Part shown: in pieces, positions 1 to 7,889 of the stretch | Numbering within the stretch: position 1 is the first letter of the stretch | Layout of the letters: every line of letters starts with the position of its first letter | DNA from: a bacterium | GTDB lineage: Bacteria; SZUA-182; DTGQ01 | Assembly (NCBI GenBank): GCA_040752695.1 | Contig: JBFMGO010000143.1 | Location: 1-12,775, forward strand | Reading direction: 5' to 3' | Length of the DNA: 12,775 bases | Position numbers and translations under genes: made by a program | The notes under the pieces: model-generated | What the model saw: the letters and a program-made list of their open reading frames with translations, nothing else | What the model was told of the DNA's origin: nothing | Databases searched by the model: none

Positions 1-1
1 G

Positions 2-184
2 TGGCAGGGAACTTTGCCGGAATTGCTGCAAAAGCCGGACCAGATGGCCCGATGGGGAATCGATATTCCCCCGGTGGTCAAATTGGTGGATATATTGCAG
101 CAATCGGGTATTGCGGTTTCACACCCAATTTACACAGTCAGTCAGTTCGTGAAAGCCCTTAAAAAATTGAAAGATGAAAATTGA
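2..184 (+). CDS. C-terminal fragment of a probable ECF-transporter ATPase (EcfA1/CbiO-like), truncated by window edge
   Basis: Manual translation of frame +2: WQGTLPELLQKPDQMARWGIDIPPVVKLVDILQQSGIAVSHPIYTVSQFVKALKKLKDEN*. This parallels the tail of the next protein (QGSPQGIFSKPEDILGLGLQLPQITALGYELEKNGI). Its TGA (182-184) overlaps the next ATG at 174, as expected for a tandem ecfA1-ecfA2 pair. Confidence 0.7.
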   Translation, partial: WQGTLPELLQKPDQMARWGIDIPPVVKLVDILQQSGIAVSHPIYTVSQFVKALKKLKDEN

Positions 185-1055
185 GGCTATTGGTTGTTTC
201 TATCGGTATCCGCTGGATACAAAAAACCATGGATATGCAATCTTGGATATCAATATGGTCATTCGGACATCTCAGATTGTGGGTATTGTCGGTCCGAATG
301 GTGCAGGGAAATCTACTCTTGTTTATCTTCTGGCAGGCTTACTAAGGCCCTCAGCCGGAACTTTTCTCATTGATGGGAAGAGTCTCTATACATCAAAGGG
401 AGTCTTTAGATCGGCCCTGGCTGCTCTGCGAAAGTCCGTAGCCCTGGTTTCGCAGTTTCCGGAAGATCAGTTTTTCACTGAGTCGGTTTACGATGAATTA
501 TCATTTGGCTTGAAAAAGCAAGGAGTAGATGAGGGGGAAATTGGGCAAAGAGTAATGAGTACCCTTCATGAACTTGGTCTTAAGCTCTCGCGGGAGAGTA
601 TCATGCATCGATCACCTTTCGAATTTGGAGGCGGAGAAAAGAGGTTGATCAGCATAGCTTGTGCCTTGGTCTCAGGGCCTGAAATCCTCATCCTGGATGA
701 ACCGACTGCCGGTCTGGATACCATGGCCGGCCATATGGTCTTTGAGGCGATTCGCAGGCTCCATCAGCAACTGGGAGTAAGCATCGTGCTTGTTTCTCAT
801 GAGTTGGAGAGGTTAATCCGGTTGGCCGATCATCTCATTATTTTACACCGGGGAAGGATTGTTCAACAGGGCAGCCCGCAGGGAATCTTTTCCAAACCGG
901 AAGATATCCTCGGTCTTGGCCTGCAATTGCCGCAGATCACGGCACTGGGTTATGAGCTGGAAAAGAACGGGATCAAGCTCGATCCCTGGCCGCTCTTCGA
1001 TATACAGGAGGCTGCCGCTTTGATCAGGGAATGGTTAAAAAGTGAAGGGATCTAA
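174..1055 (+). CDS. Energy-coupling factor (ECF) transporter ATP-binding protein (EcfA2/CbiO family)
   Basis: Walker A GPNGAGKST, ECF-type Q-loop QFPEDQFF, RSPFE preceding the signature (here FGGGE), Walker B/D-loop ILILDEPTAGLD, H-switch VSHE. Confidence 0.88.
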   Translation: MKIEAIGCFYRYPLDTKNHGYAILDINMVIRTSQIVGIVGPNGAGKSTLVYLLAGLLRPSAGTFLIDGKSLYTSKGVFRSALAALRKSVALVSQFPEDQFFTESVYDELSFGLKKQGVDEGEIGQRVMSTLHELGLKLSRESIMHRSPFEFGGGEKRLISIACALVSGPEILILDEPTAGLDTMAGHMVFEAIRRLHQQLGVSIVLVSHELERLIRLADHLIILHRGRIVQQGSPQGIFSKPEDILGLGLQLPQITALGYELEKNGIKLDPWPLFDIQEAAALIREWLKSEGI

Positions 1056-1101
1056 AGGGTCTTGTGCTTTATGGCGATCAAGGCCCCTTATATCCCTTTT
1101 T
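1045..1101. terminator. Probable intrinsic terminator hairpin between convergent genes
   Basis: Arms aagggatctaaagggtcttg (1045-1064) and caaggccccttatatccctt (1079-1098) are complementary at 17/20 positions, ending in a T run (1097-1101). Lies between the stops of the ECF ATPase (+) and hsp20 (-). Confidence 0.65.
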
Positions 1102-1103
1102 GC

Positions 1104-1565
1104 CTAGAGAACCTTAACTTCTATTTTCTTGCGGGCTTCAGGCATTTTTTTCATTTCAATCATCAGTACGCCATTATGAAATCTGGCCTCAATGCTGTCC
1201 TTATCAATGCGGGAGGGGAGCCTTACGCTTCGGCTGAATTCCCCATAGCGGCGTTCACTGCTGTAGTAATGTTCTTTTTCGTTCTTTTCCTCTTTTTTTT
1301 CACCCTTTAAGGTGAGCATGTCTTCAACTGCCGAGATATCGAGCTGGCCGGGATCAATGCCCGGCAATTCGGCCTTTACGATAACTTTGTCATCGACTTC
1401 GGACACATCTATAGGCGGTCCCCATATCGGCATGGGAGCCATTTCCATATTTCCAAAGAATTCATCGAGCATTTTGCTCATGCGGTCTATTTCTTCGCGT
1501 AGAACAGGGAGTGCAGATTGCGGGCCTGTCCATCTTCCGCCTTGTCTGGCTGGTCCATACGGCAT
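1104..1565 (-). CDS. Small heat shock protein, Hsp20/alpha-crystallin family
   Basis: PPIDVSE..VKAELPGID..LTLKGEKK..ERRYGEFSRSVRLP..IEARFHNGVL..C-terminal KIEV (IxI/V motif). Strong SD AGGAGG upstream on the minus strand (plus-strand cctcct at 1572-1577). Confidence 0.95.
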   Translation of the reverse strand: MPYGPARQGGRWTGPQSALPVLREEIDRMSKMLDEFFGNMEMAPMPIWGPPIDVSEVDDKVIVKAELPGIDPGQLDISAVEDMLTLKGEKKEEKNEKEHYYSSERRYGEFSRSVRLPSRIDKDSIEARFHNGVLMIEMKKMPEARKKIEVKVL

Positions 1566-1697
1566 AGTTATCCTCCTGAAATTAAGGTTTTTTCGTGACC
1601 TGGAATACAGTAGTTAATTCAGTATCGGTTTTTGGTAAATTTTTACTGTATCATAGGGGCAATTTGAATCGCTTGAATACGAAATGATGGAAGCGCA

Positions 1698-1726
1698 TTG
1701 ACAAAAATCGAATATTTCAATACAAT
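1698..1726 (+). promoter_or_regulatory. Sigma70-type promoter for tolA
   Basis: TTGACA (1698-1703), 17-nt spacer, TACAAT (1721-1726), about 100 nt upstream of the tolA start. Confidence 0.7.
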
Positions 1727-1824
1727 TATTAAGAATATCTTAAAGGGAAACGCTTCTATGCAGAAATAGTCTTGAAAAAGAGGAGCGCTGTTGGTAACTT
1801 TGGCGCCTTAAGAACTAACTGACT

Positions 1825-2634
1825 GTGAAATCAATGAGGGCAGCTTTTATTCTCTCTCTAAGCCTTCACATGGCTTTAGTAGGGATTAGTTCGTTTTTTA
1901 CACCCAAATCGAAGATGCGGCAACCGACACTGTATACAGTAACTTTACTTCAGGGAGCATCTGAAGAAAAGAAGGTGTCGAAAAATGTCAGCGTGCAGAA
2001 AAGTCAGAAAAAAGTCCAGCCTCCTGTCAAGCAAAAAGATCCTGAAAAGAAAAAACCACTCAAAAAAGACGTTGCATCGAAGCCTGAAATAGCCCAGGTG
2101 GCAAAGAAAAAGGAGAAGGCTTCTGCGCCCTTGAAAGAAAAACCGAAGGTGCAAAAGAAAGATACTGCCTTGGATTACAAGGAGGTGCAAGAGGTTATTG
2201 CTCAGCTTCATCACAAGGAGGCTATTAAATCGGTGCAGGAATCTGTAGCAGAAATTCAAAAAAAACTGCTGGAGAAAAAAGCCGGGGAGGAATCAGCCCC
2301 TCCGGCCGACCATCAAGTGAGCCCTTCTCCTTTTCAAGGGAGTCAGAAGCTTGCCTTGTACCATACACAGTTATGGAACTTGATCCATTCGCAGTGGTCG
2401 GTCGCCGAAGCGGATTTTGCCCAAAGGCAGGATCTGGAGGCCCGTATTGTGATGATTCTTGGCAGGGACGGATACATTAAAGAGGTGAAACTGGTGAAAA
2501 GTTCGGGGGACTTGATGTTCGATAATTCTGCCTTGACTGCTATCAAACGAGTCGGGCGGTTTCCCGCGTTTCCGCCGGAAATACCCAAGGAATCAGAAGA
2601 GTTTGAGGTATCGTTTTCTCCTCAAGAGAATTGA
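1825..2634 (+). CDS. tolA: TolA (TolA/TonB-family energy transducer)
   Basis: N-terminal TM helix with S-x3-H (SLSLH), Lys/Glu/Pro-rich linker, TonB_C-like C-terminal domain (LGRDGYI..KSSGDLMFDNSALTAI..FPAFP). Directly upstream of tolB-pal-cpoB. Start may be GTG 1825 or ATG 1834. Confidence 0.85.
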   Translation: MKSMRAAFILSLSLHMALVGISSFFTPKSKMRQPTLYTVTLLQGASEEKKVSKNVSVQKSQKKVQPPVKQKDPEKKKPLKKDVASKPEIAQVAKKKEKASAPLKEKPKVQKKDTALDYKEVQEVIAQLHHKEAIKSVQESVAEIQKKLLEKKAGEESAPPADHQVSPSPFQGSQKLALYHTQLWNLIHSQWSVAEADFAQRQDLEARIVMILGRDGYIKEVKLVKSSGDLMFDNSALTAIKRVGRFPAFPPEIPKESEEFEVSFSPQEN

Positions 2635-2640
2635 CCGGCA

Positions 2641-4044
2641 GTGGTCTCCTTAAGAAAACTGATTGACGTAGGAAGAGGAATGGTCTATAGTTTAATATAC
2701 TTGTGGCTGCAAAAAAATTGGAGAATTACCCTGAGATATAGTACCTGTCTAGGGCTTGTTCTTTGTTTTCTTTTCATGGATACAGCTCCCGGAGAGGGGA
2801 AAGTCTATCTTGATACTATCACGAATCCGGAGATTGCGCCGTTTCCTATTGCGGTTGCGGATTTTACCACGCCAAGGAGGATGGGAGGGGAAATCGCTCA
2901 AAATGTTCAGCGTACTCTGGTTAACGATCTGAAGATATCGGGACTTTTTCGCGTCATTGAACCAAAAGAATTTCCGGATAAGGCACAGACAAGGAGCAGC
3001 CTTCTAGATCTTTCCGATTTCGATGTCTGGCAGGGCAGTGGAGTGGATGCTCTGGTAACCGGCAGTTTTTGGGTTTCTGGAGATACTCTTTTGGGAAGCT
3101 TCCGGCTCTATGATCTGGTGGGGAAAAAATTTATCAAAGGTATTCGCTACGAGGGTAAAAAGGAGCTGTGGCGCACTATTGCCCACAAGGTGGCCAATGA
3201 GGTTGTACTGCAGATTACCGGCGAGAAAGGCGTATTCGATACGCAGATCGCTTTTGTGGCTAAAGCGACTGGGAATAAAGAGATCTGCCTGATCGATTTC
3301 GATGGGGAAAATTTCAGGCAGGTTACCCGGAACAAATCAATTAATATCTTACCACGATGGACGCCCGATGGAAAAAAAATACTATATACATCTTATATGA
3401 AGAGGAACCCGGATCTTTATGCTATTGATCTTGCATCGGGAAAGAATTATCGAATCTCTTACCGCAATGGAGTAAATGCCTGTCCAACCTGGCTTTCCGA
3501 TTCCGAAGGAGAGAAAATGATATTAATGCTGAAGCAAGATGATCGGTCACATTTGTTTCTGACAAAGGTAGGAGATAAAAGGGCTGTACCGATAACTTCC
3601 GGTTCCGATAACTACGTTTCCCCTTCATGGTCTCCCGATGGCAAACAGGTAGCCTTTGTTTCGGATCGGTCCGGTACTCCGCAAATTTATATAATGGACA
3701 TAACGGGGAAAAACATGAAGCGGCTGTCCTACCAGGGGGGGTATAATGTTGCTCCTGCCTGGTCTCCAAAAGGAGATTGGATTGCCTTTTGCAGCCGCCA
3801 AAATGGATTTTTTGAGATTTTCCTGTCTACGCCTGACGGAGAAAAGGTCCGGCAGATTACCCACGGACCTGGAGATAATGAAGACCCTACGTGGTCTCCG
3901 GACGGGCGATATCTTGCCTTCAGCTCTACAAGGGAGGGAGGGGCGGCTATCTATGTTATAAATGTAAATGGTACCCATCAGAGGAAATTAACAGCTTTCC
4001 GGGGTGAATCTACCAATCCGGCATGGTCACCACACGGAGAATAG
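2641..4044 (+). CDS. tolB: Tol-Pal system beta-propeller protein TolB (maximal ORF shown; true start probably downstream, 2680-2731)
   Basis: TolB N-domain (PIAVADF, NDLKISGLF, AHKVANEV..ITGEKGVFDTQIAFV) and PD40 repeats (PRWTPDG, PSWSPDG, PAWSPKG, PTWSPDG, PAWSP). Located between tolA and pal. Confidence 0.95.
   Translation: MVSLRKLIDVGRGMVYSLIYLWLQKNWRITLRYSTCLGLVLCFLFMDTAPGEGKVYLDTITNPEIAPFPIAVADFTTPRRMGGEIAQNVQRTLVNDLKISGLFRVIEPKEFPDKAQTRSSLLDLSDFDVWQGSGVDALVTGSFWVSGDTLLGSFRLYDLVGKKFIKGIRYEGKKELWRTIAHKVANEVVLQITGEKGVFDTQIAFVAKATGNKEICLIDFDGENFRQVTRNKSINILPRWTPDGKKILYTSYMKRNPDLYAIDLASGKNYRISYRNGVNACPTWLSDSEGEKMILMLKQDDRSHLFLTKVGDKRAVPITSGSDNYVSPSWSPDGKQVAFVSDRSGTPQIYIMDITGKNMKRLSYQGGYNVAPAWSPKGDWIAFCSRQNGFFEIFLSTPDGEKVRQITHGPGDNEDPTWSPDGRYLAFSSTREGGAAIYVINVNGTHQRKLTAFRGESTNPAWSPHGE
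2663..2691 (+). promoter_or_regulatory. Candidate internal sigma70-type promoter for tolB-pal-cpoB
   Basis: TTGACG (2663-2668), 17-nt spacer, TATAGT (2686-2691). Confidence 0.55.
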
Positions 4045-4131
4045 ATACACTTTTTTTGACTGAGAATAGATACCATCGTCTTTAAGGAAATATAACACAA
4101 TAACAATTTTATTAAAGAAGGAGGTTTTTGT

Positions 4132-4743
4132 ATGCCTGATAAGGGTGCTTGTATTATGAAAACAATGAAAGGATTGCTGGGATTGGCGGTTGTATGCTGT
4201 TTATTCGGTCTTTTAGAAGGATGTGCCAAGAAAGTCCCCCCGCTTGCAGTAACTCCTGAGCCTCAGGTGGAGGAGGTTACCCAACCGGCTGAGCCCAAAG
4301 AGGAGCCGGTGGAGGTTACTCCTCAAGCCGAAACGAAGGAGAGCGATCTTGATCAATCATTCACCAAGAATGAATATCCGGGAATCGAAGGGGAATTTCT
4401 GGAAAGCTCCAAACTGCAGGACGTCCATTTTGCTTTCGACCGGTCGGACCTGTCTGCCGAGTCATGCAAGGTATTAAAAGAAAACGCTGATTTACTGAAA
4501 CAATATCCTCAGGCCAACGTTCAGATCGAAGGCCATTGTGATGAGCGGGGCTCTACGAGCTACAATCTGGCACTTGGAGAAAGAAGAGCGGTCAGTGTCC
4601 GGGATTACCTGGTTTCCCTGGGAGTGCAGTCCGCGAGACTCTCCACCATCAGTTATGGCGAGGAAATGCCGATTGATTCAGGCCATGACGAAGAGGCATG
4701 GGCCAAGAACCGTCGTGCTCATATGATTATCCTGGAAAAATAA
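4132..4743 (+). CDS. pal: Peptidoglycan-associated lipoprotein Pal (OmpA_C domain)
   Basis: Lipobox LEGC; VHFAFDRSDL, IEGHCDERGSTSYNLALGERRA, ISYGEEMP, AWAKNRRA; SD AGGAGG just upstream of ATG 4132. Confidence 0.97.
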   Translation: MPDKGACIMKTMKGLLGLAVVCCLFGLLEGCAKKVPPLAVTPEPQVEEVTQPAEPKEEPVEVTPQAETKESDLDQSFTKNEYPGIEGEFLESSKLQDVHFAFDRSDLSAESCKVLKENADLLKQYPQANVQIEGHCDERGSTSYNLALGERRAVSVRDYLVSLGVQSARLSTISYGEEMPIDSGHDEEAWAKNRRAHMIILEK

Positions 4744-4794
4744 TCCGCCACGCTCGCGAAACTATCTTCATAAAGGAAGGAGAAAAGGCTTATA

Positions 4795-5862
4795 ATGTCT
4801 TGGGGCAATGGAAAATCTACGATGTACTGGGTTGGTTTAGGGTTGTGGGCCTCTTTTCTTATGTATGGCTGTGCTACCCACCAGGAGGTTCTTGATTTGA
4901 AACCCCACGTCAATAAGGCGGTCCTCCAGGTTAACGACTTAGCCAATCAGATTTATGATTTGGAGGGCCGCTTAAGGCGATTGGAAAACAGGCAGACTCC
5001 AGACTACATCGGACGACTGGCGGATTTGGAAACCAGACTCAACAGCCTGCAGGATGAGGTTCGCTCTCATATTACGGCTGAGCAGGAAAATGCGAACCTG
5101 TGGAAAAAATTCGACCAGAGGTTTCAGTATCTGTCCCAGGAATTGGACAGTGAAAGGAAGGCATCCCTTCAATTTCAGGAAGAGACCAGAAAGAAGTTTG
5201 AAGAATTGACCTCCCGGTCGGGAGGATTGACTTCTCATGGAGAGGAGTCGGAAAATCAAGAAGTTTCGGAATCGGCTCCTCTCCAGAGCCCTTCTTCCGG
5301 CAATACAGCCCTTTCTGGCAATCCTGCTCCTTCCGTTGATTCTGCCAATACTCCCATCGGCGAGGCCGGTGCCGTCACTACTGGCCGTCCCGCAGACACT
5401 GTTTCTGCCGGCGGTACTCCCCCCGTCCCTCCTCCGTCCGGTACTCCTGGGCCTTTTGCTGACATAACTGATGAGAAGGGCGTTTATGAAGATGCATATC
5501 AAGCCTTCCTCCAGGAAGATTGGGCAACAGCTCAAAAGAAATTCCTCGTCTTTTTGGATCGCTATCCCAAAAGTGAGCTGGCGGATAATGCCCAGTTCTG
5601 GATTGGGGAGATCTTCTATAGTCAGAAGAACTATGAAAAGGCGATCTTGGAATATGAGAAGGTAATTCAGAATTACCCCAAGGGAGATAAGATGCCGGCT
5701 GCGCTTTTAAAGCAAGCTTATGCTTTTTACGCCATCGGCAGGGTCAAAGAGGCCACCATTCTCCTCAAGCAGGTGATTGAGAAGGTACCTCAATCCGATC
5801 AGGCTCAGGCGGCTGCAAAGAAATTGGAAGCCATATCCAAAGAGGGAAAGAGCGCTCCTTAA
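4795..5862 (+). CDS. cpoB: Tol-Pal system protein CpoB/YbgF (coiled coil plus TPR), probably a lipoprotein
   Basis: Follows pal. Hydrophobic N-terminus ending FLMYGC, long coiled coil, C-terminal TPRs typical of YbgF (YPKSELADNAQFWIGE, AILEYEKVIQNYPKGDKMPAALLKQA). Confidence 0.9.
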   Translation: MSWGNGKSTMYWVGLGLWASFLMYGCATHQEVLDLKPHVNKAVLQVNDLANQIYDLEGRLRRLENRQTPDYIGRLADLETRLNSLQDEVRSHITAEQENANLWKKFDQRFQYLSQELDSERKASLQFQEETRKKFEELTSRSGGLTSHGEESENQEVSESAPLQSPSSGNTALSGNPAPSVDSANTPIGEAGAVTTGRPADTVSAGGTPPVPPPSGTPGPFADITDEKGVYEDAYQAFLQEDWATAQKKFLVFLDRYPKSELADNAQFWIGEIFYSQKNYEKAILEYEKVIQNYPKGDKMPAALLKQAYAFYAIGRVKEATILLKQVIEKVPQSDQAQAAAKKLEAISKEGKSAP

Positions 5863-5866
5863 GGCT

Positions 5867-5877
5867 CCCCCCCCCCC
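5867..5877. repeat. C11 homopolymer tract
   Basis: taaggct-ccccccccccc-gat, 4 nt after the cpoB stop codon. Confidence 0.9.
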
Positions 5878-6034
5878 GATAGAGTTCTTTTCATTCATCC
5901 TCTTTTTCTGTCATAATTATTCTCTTCTCTTTTTATTCCGATATCGAAAAGATCATAAGGAACTTGCTGTAATAACGTCTATAAAGTTGATTTATACTAT
6001 TTTTGATATCTATACAAAAAGGGGGATTTTTAGA

Positions 6035-6307
6035 ATGGAAGGCCAAATGAGTGCAGGAAGCAGCAACTCAGCCGAAGAGAAAATTACCAAGGTATCACAG
6101 GCAATCTGTGGACTGAATTGTGAAGATTGTCAGTTCTTCAAAGATAAATGTCTTGGTTGTGTGAGACAAAGAGGGATTATGTTTTGGGGCAGATGCCCGA
6201 TTTTTCGCTGTTGTGTTCATGAAAAAGGACTTGAATCCTGTGCTGTTTGCAGCCAATTCTTATGTCAGAAGTTTTTAGATCAGATTACAACAAGCATCGG
6301 GTTATAA
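6035..6307 (+). CDS. Small cysteine-rich putative metal-binding protein, DUF3795-like (90 aa)
   Basis: Start reassigned to ATG 6035 after SD-like AAGGGGGA. Pattern CGLNCEDC..CLGC..CPIFRCC..KGLESCAVC..FLC (11 Cys) matches my recollection of DUF3795. The 5' extension of the 5777 ORF overlaps cpoB and is unlikely to be real. Confidence 0.75.
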   Translation: MEGQMSAGSSNSAEEKITKVSQAICGLNCEDCQFFKDKCLGCVRQRGIMFWGRCPIFRCCVHEKGLESCAVCSQFLCQKFLDQITTSIGL

Positions 6308-6467
6308 CCACCACATTGGGCGTGAAGAGAGAGCCTATCGAGAATCCGATCCTATCCTCCTTACTATCTGACTGGATAATAAAAAGTACTCACGAATTGA
6401 TCTTCCCCCCTGCGGTCAGGTGTATTCAGAGTACGCGTTCAGGTTATCACGTGCAGGTTATCGCTCA

Positions 6468-7505
6468 TCAAAGAGGAGTGGAGATCTTTTCGAGGATATC
6501 CAGGCCGATGGTCTTGGTAATGAGTAACCCTCCAAGGACTACCCAGATGTAAATAGTAAAAAACCTCCACAGGATGATAAAAATTCCCAGAAGGTGATTG
6601 GGGACCGAGCAGGAGAATATTAAATAGCATCCTCCTTCGGCCACTCCTGTTCCTCCGGGCGTAGGAGTGAAATAGAGGAGAAAATAAAGTATAAATTGAA
6701 CCATAACTACCTGCAGGACAGGTAGATGATAGTTCAGCCCCTCCAAAACGGTATAGGCAATCAGATAGCTTGTGCCAAGAGAGATAGTCGTCAGGATTAC
6801 CGTTCCTAAGAGAATTTTTTTCTTGTATTTAAAAAATTCCTTCAGGCAATTGCTGAAATCATCGATCCAAATCTTCAGCCTTTTTTCCAGTTTTTCACTA
6901 TACCCGGCCAGAATTTTACATCGCTCTATCCATGAGCAGATTTTATGGATAATCTCTTCACTTTTTATTGGGTTGAAGAAGGCATAAGCGAGAAAGAACA
7001 AGACAAAGAAAAGTAAAATAGCAATGTATCGGAAGAGGTTTTTCAGGAGTATGTTTTGAACAATTTCTCCATGAAAATAGACGATAACCGGAGCAGCTAA
7101 CGCAATAATCGAAAGGATCAGAAGCCCTCGGATAAGAATAATGCTGGTGGCTTTTCCAAGAGGCACATCTTTTTGTGTAAGCATATAAATCATTAAAGGT
7201 TCTCCGCCGCTGATGGTCGGGGTAATAGAGGAGAGGAAGAGGTAAAAAAGAATGGTTTTGAGGCAGTAGGAAAAGGTGACTTTTATCCCGGCAGCTAAGG
7301 AGAGGATTTTGAGTATCATGCCATCCAGTGAGATAGTCAATACTCCAAGAATGAAGGCGAAGATCATGTACTTGAGCTTCATCTGACTGATGGCCTGCCA
7401 TGTTTTCGGACCAGTTGTCAGAAAAGCTATGATGCCGATTATACAGATAATAATGATACAAAAGGTAAAAAATAATTTCTTGATCGAAAGTTTTTTTGTG
7501 GTCAT
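6468..7505 (-). CDS. Lysylphosphatidylglycerol synthase TM-domain / flippase-like membrane protein (UPF0104 family)
   Basis: Multiple TM helices with family motifs SSITPTISGGEP, FTPTPGGTGVAEG and ILWRFFTIY. Likely start ATG 7505 (MTTKKLSIKK) rather than TTG 7586. Confidence 0.85.
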   Translation of the reverse strand: MTTKKLSIKKLFFTFCIIIICIIGIIAFLTTGPKTWQAISQMKLKYMIFAFILGVLTISLDGMILKILSLAAGIKVTFSYCLKTILFYLFLSSITPTISGGEPLMIYMLTQKDVPLGKATSIILIRGLLILSIIALAAPVIVYFHGEIVQNILLKNLFRYIAILLFFVLFFLAYAFFNPIKSEEIIHKICSWIERCKILAGYSEKLEKRLKIWIDDFSNCLKEFFKYKKKILLGTVILTTISLGTSYLIAYTVLEGLNYHLPVLQVVMVQFILYFLLYFTPTPGGTGVAEGGCYLIFSCSVPNHLLGIFIILWRFFTIYIWVVLGGLLITKTIGLDILEKISTPL

Positions 7506-7889
7506 ATTAAATAAAATGTACCGAAAATATAAGAAATTGTACAAAAAGAAGGGGATGAGTGTATTTAATGTTCTCTTTTTCGACAAAAAGGATAAGATTG
7601 ACTACTAAGGCACGGTATCCCTTGATTCTAAAACGCATCAAGCTATTCAACAGATGTATCTTTCCAGGGAACAACAAAAGGGTTCCTTTGGAACAGAAGA
7701 CTATTTTGATAACTCCTCGATAGAGAGACTGTTGCCATTATGAGAATATCGTTAAGAGAACACCACAAGCGAGAATCGCTAAAAATAAGTGAAGTATAGC
7801 ATTTGGATAAGAGCTTATCAATGTTAATTTTTCCGCCTTGTAAGACCAGGAAAGAGGTACTTTTTGTCTATGATTTAAGGGGGGTATCC

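Noticed and set aside
1605..1651. Halves resembling an E. coli LexA box (TACTGTAT / ATACAGTA)
   Set aside because: Wrong order and 31 nt apart; not CTGT-N8-ACAG.
5777..6034. N-terminal extension of the 176-aa ORF through the C11 tract (a phase-variable gene)
   Set aside because: Overlaps the cpoB 3' end, reads as translated intergenic sequence (PPPP, FFSFILFF), and a better SD and ATG exist at 6035.
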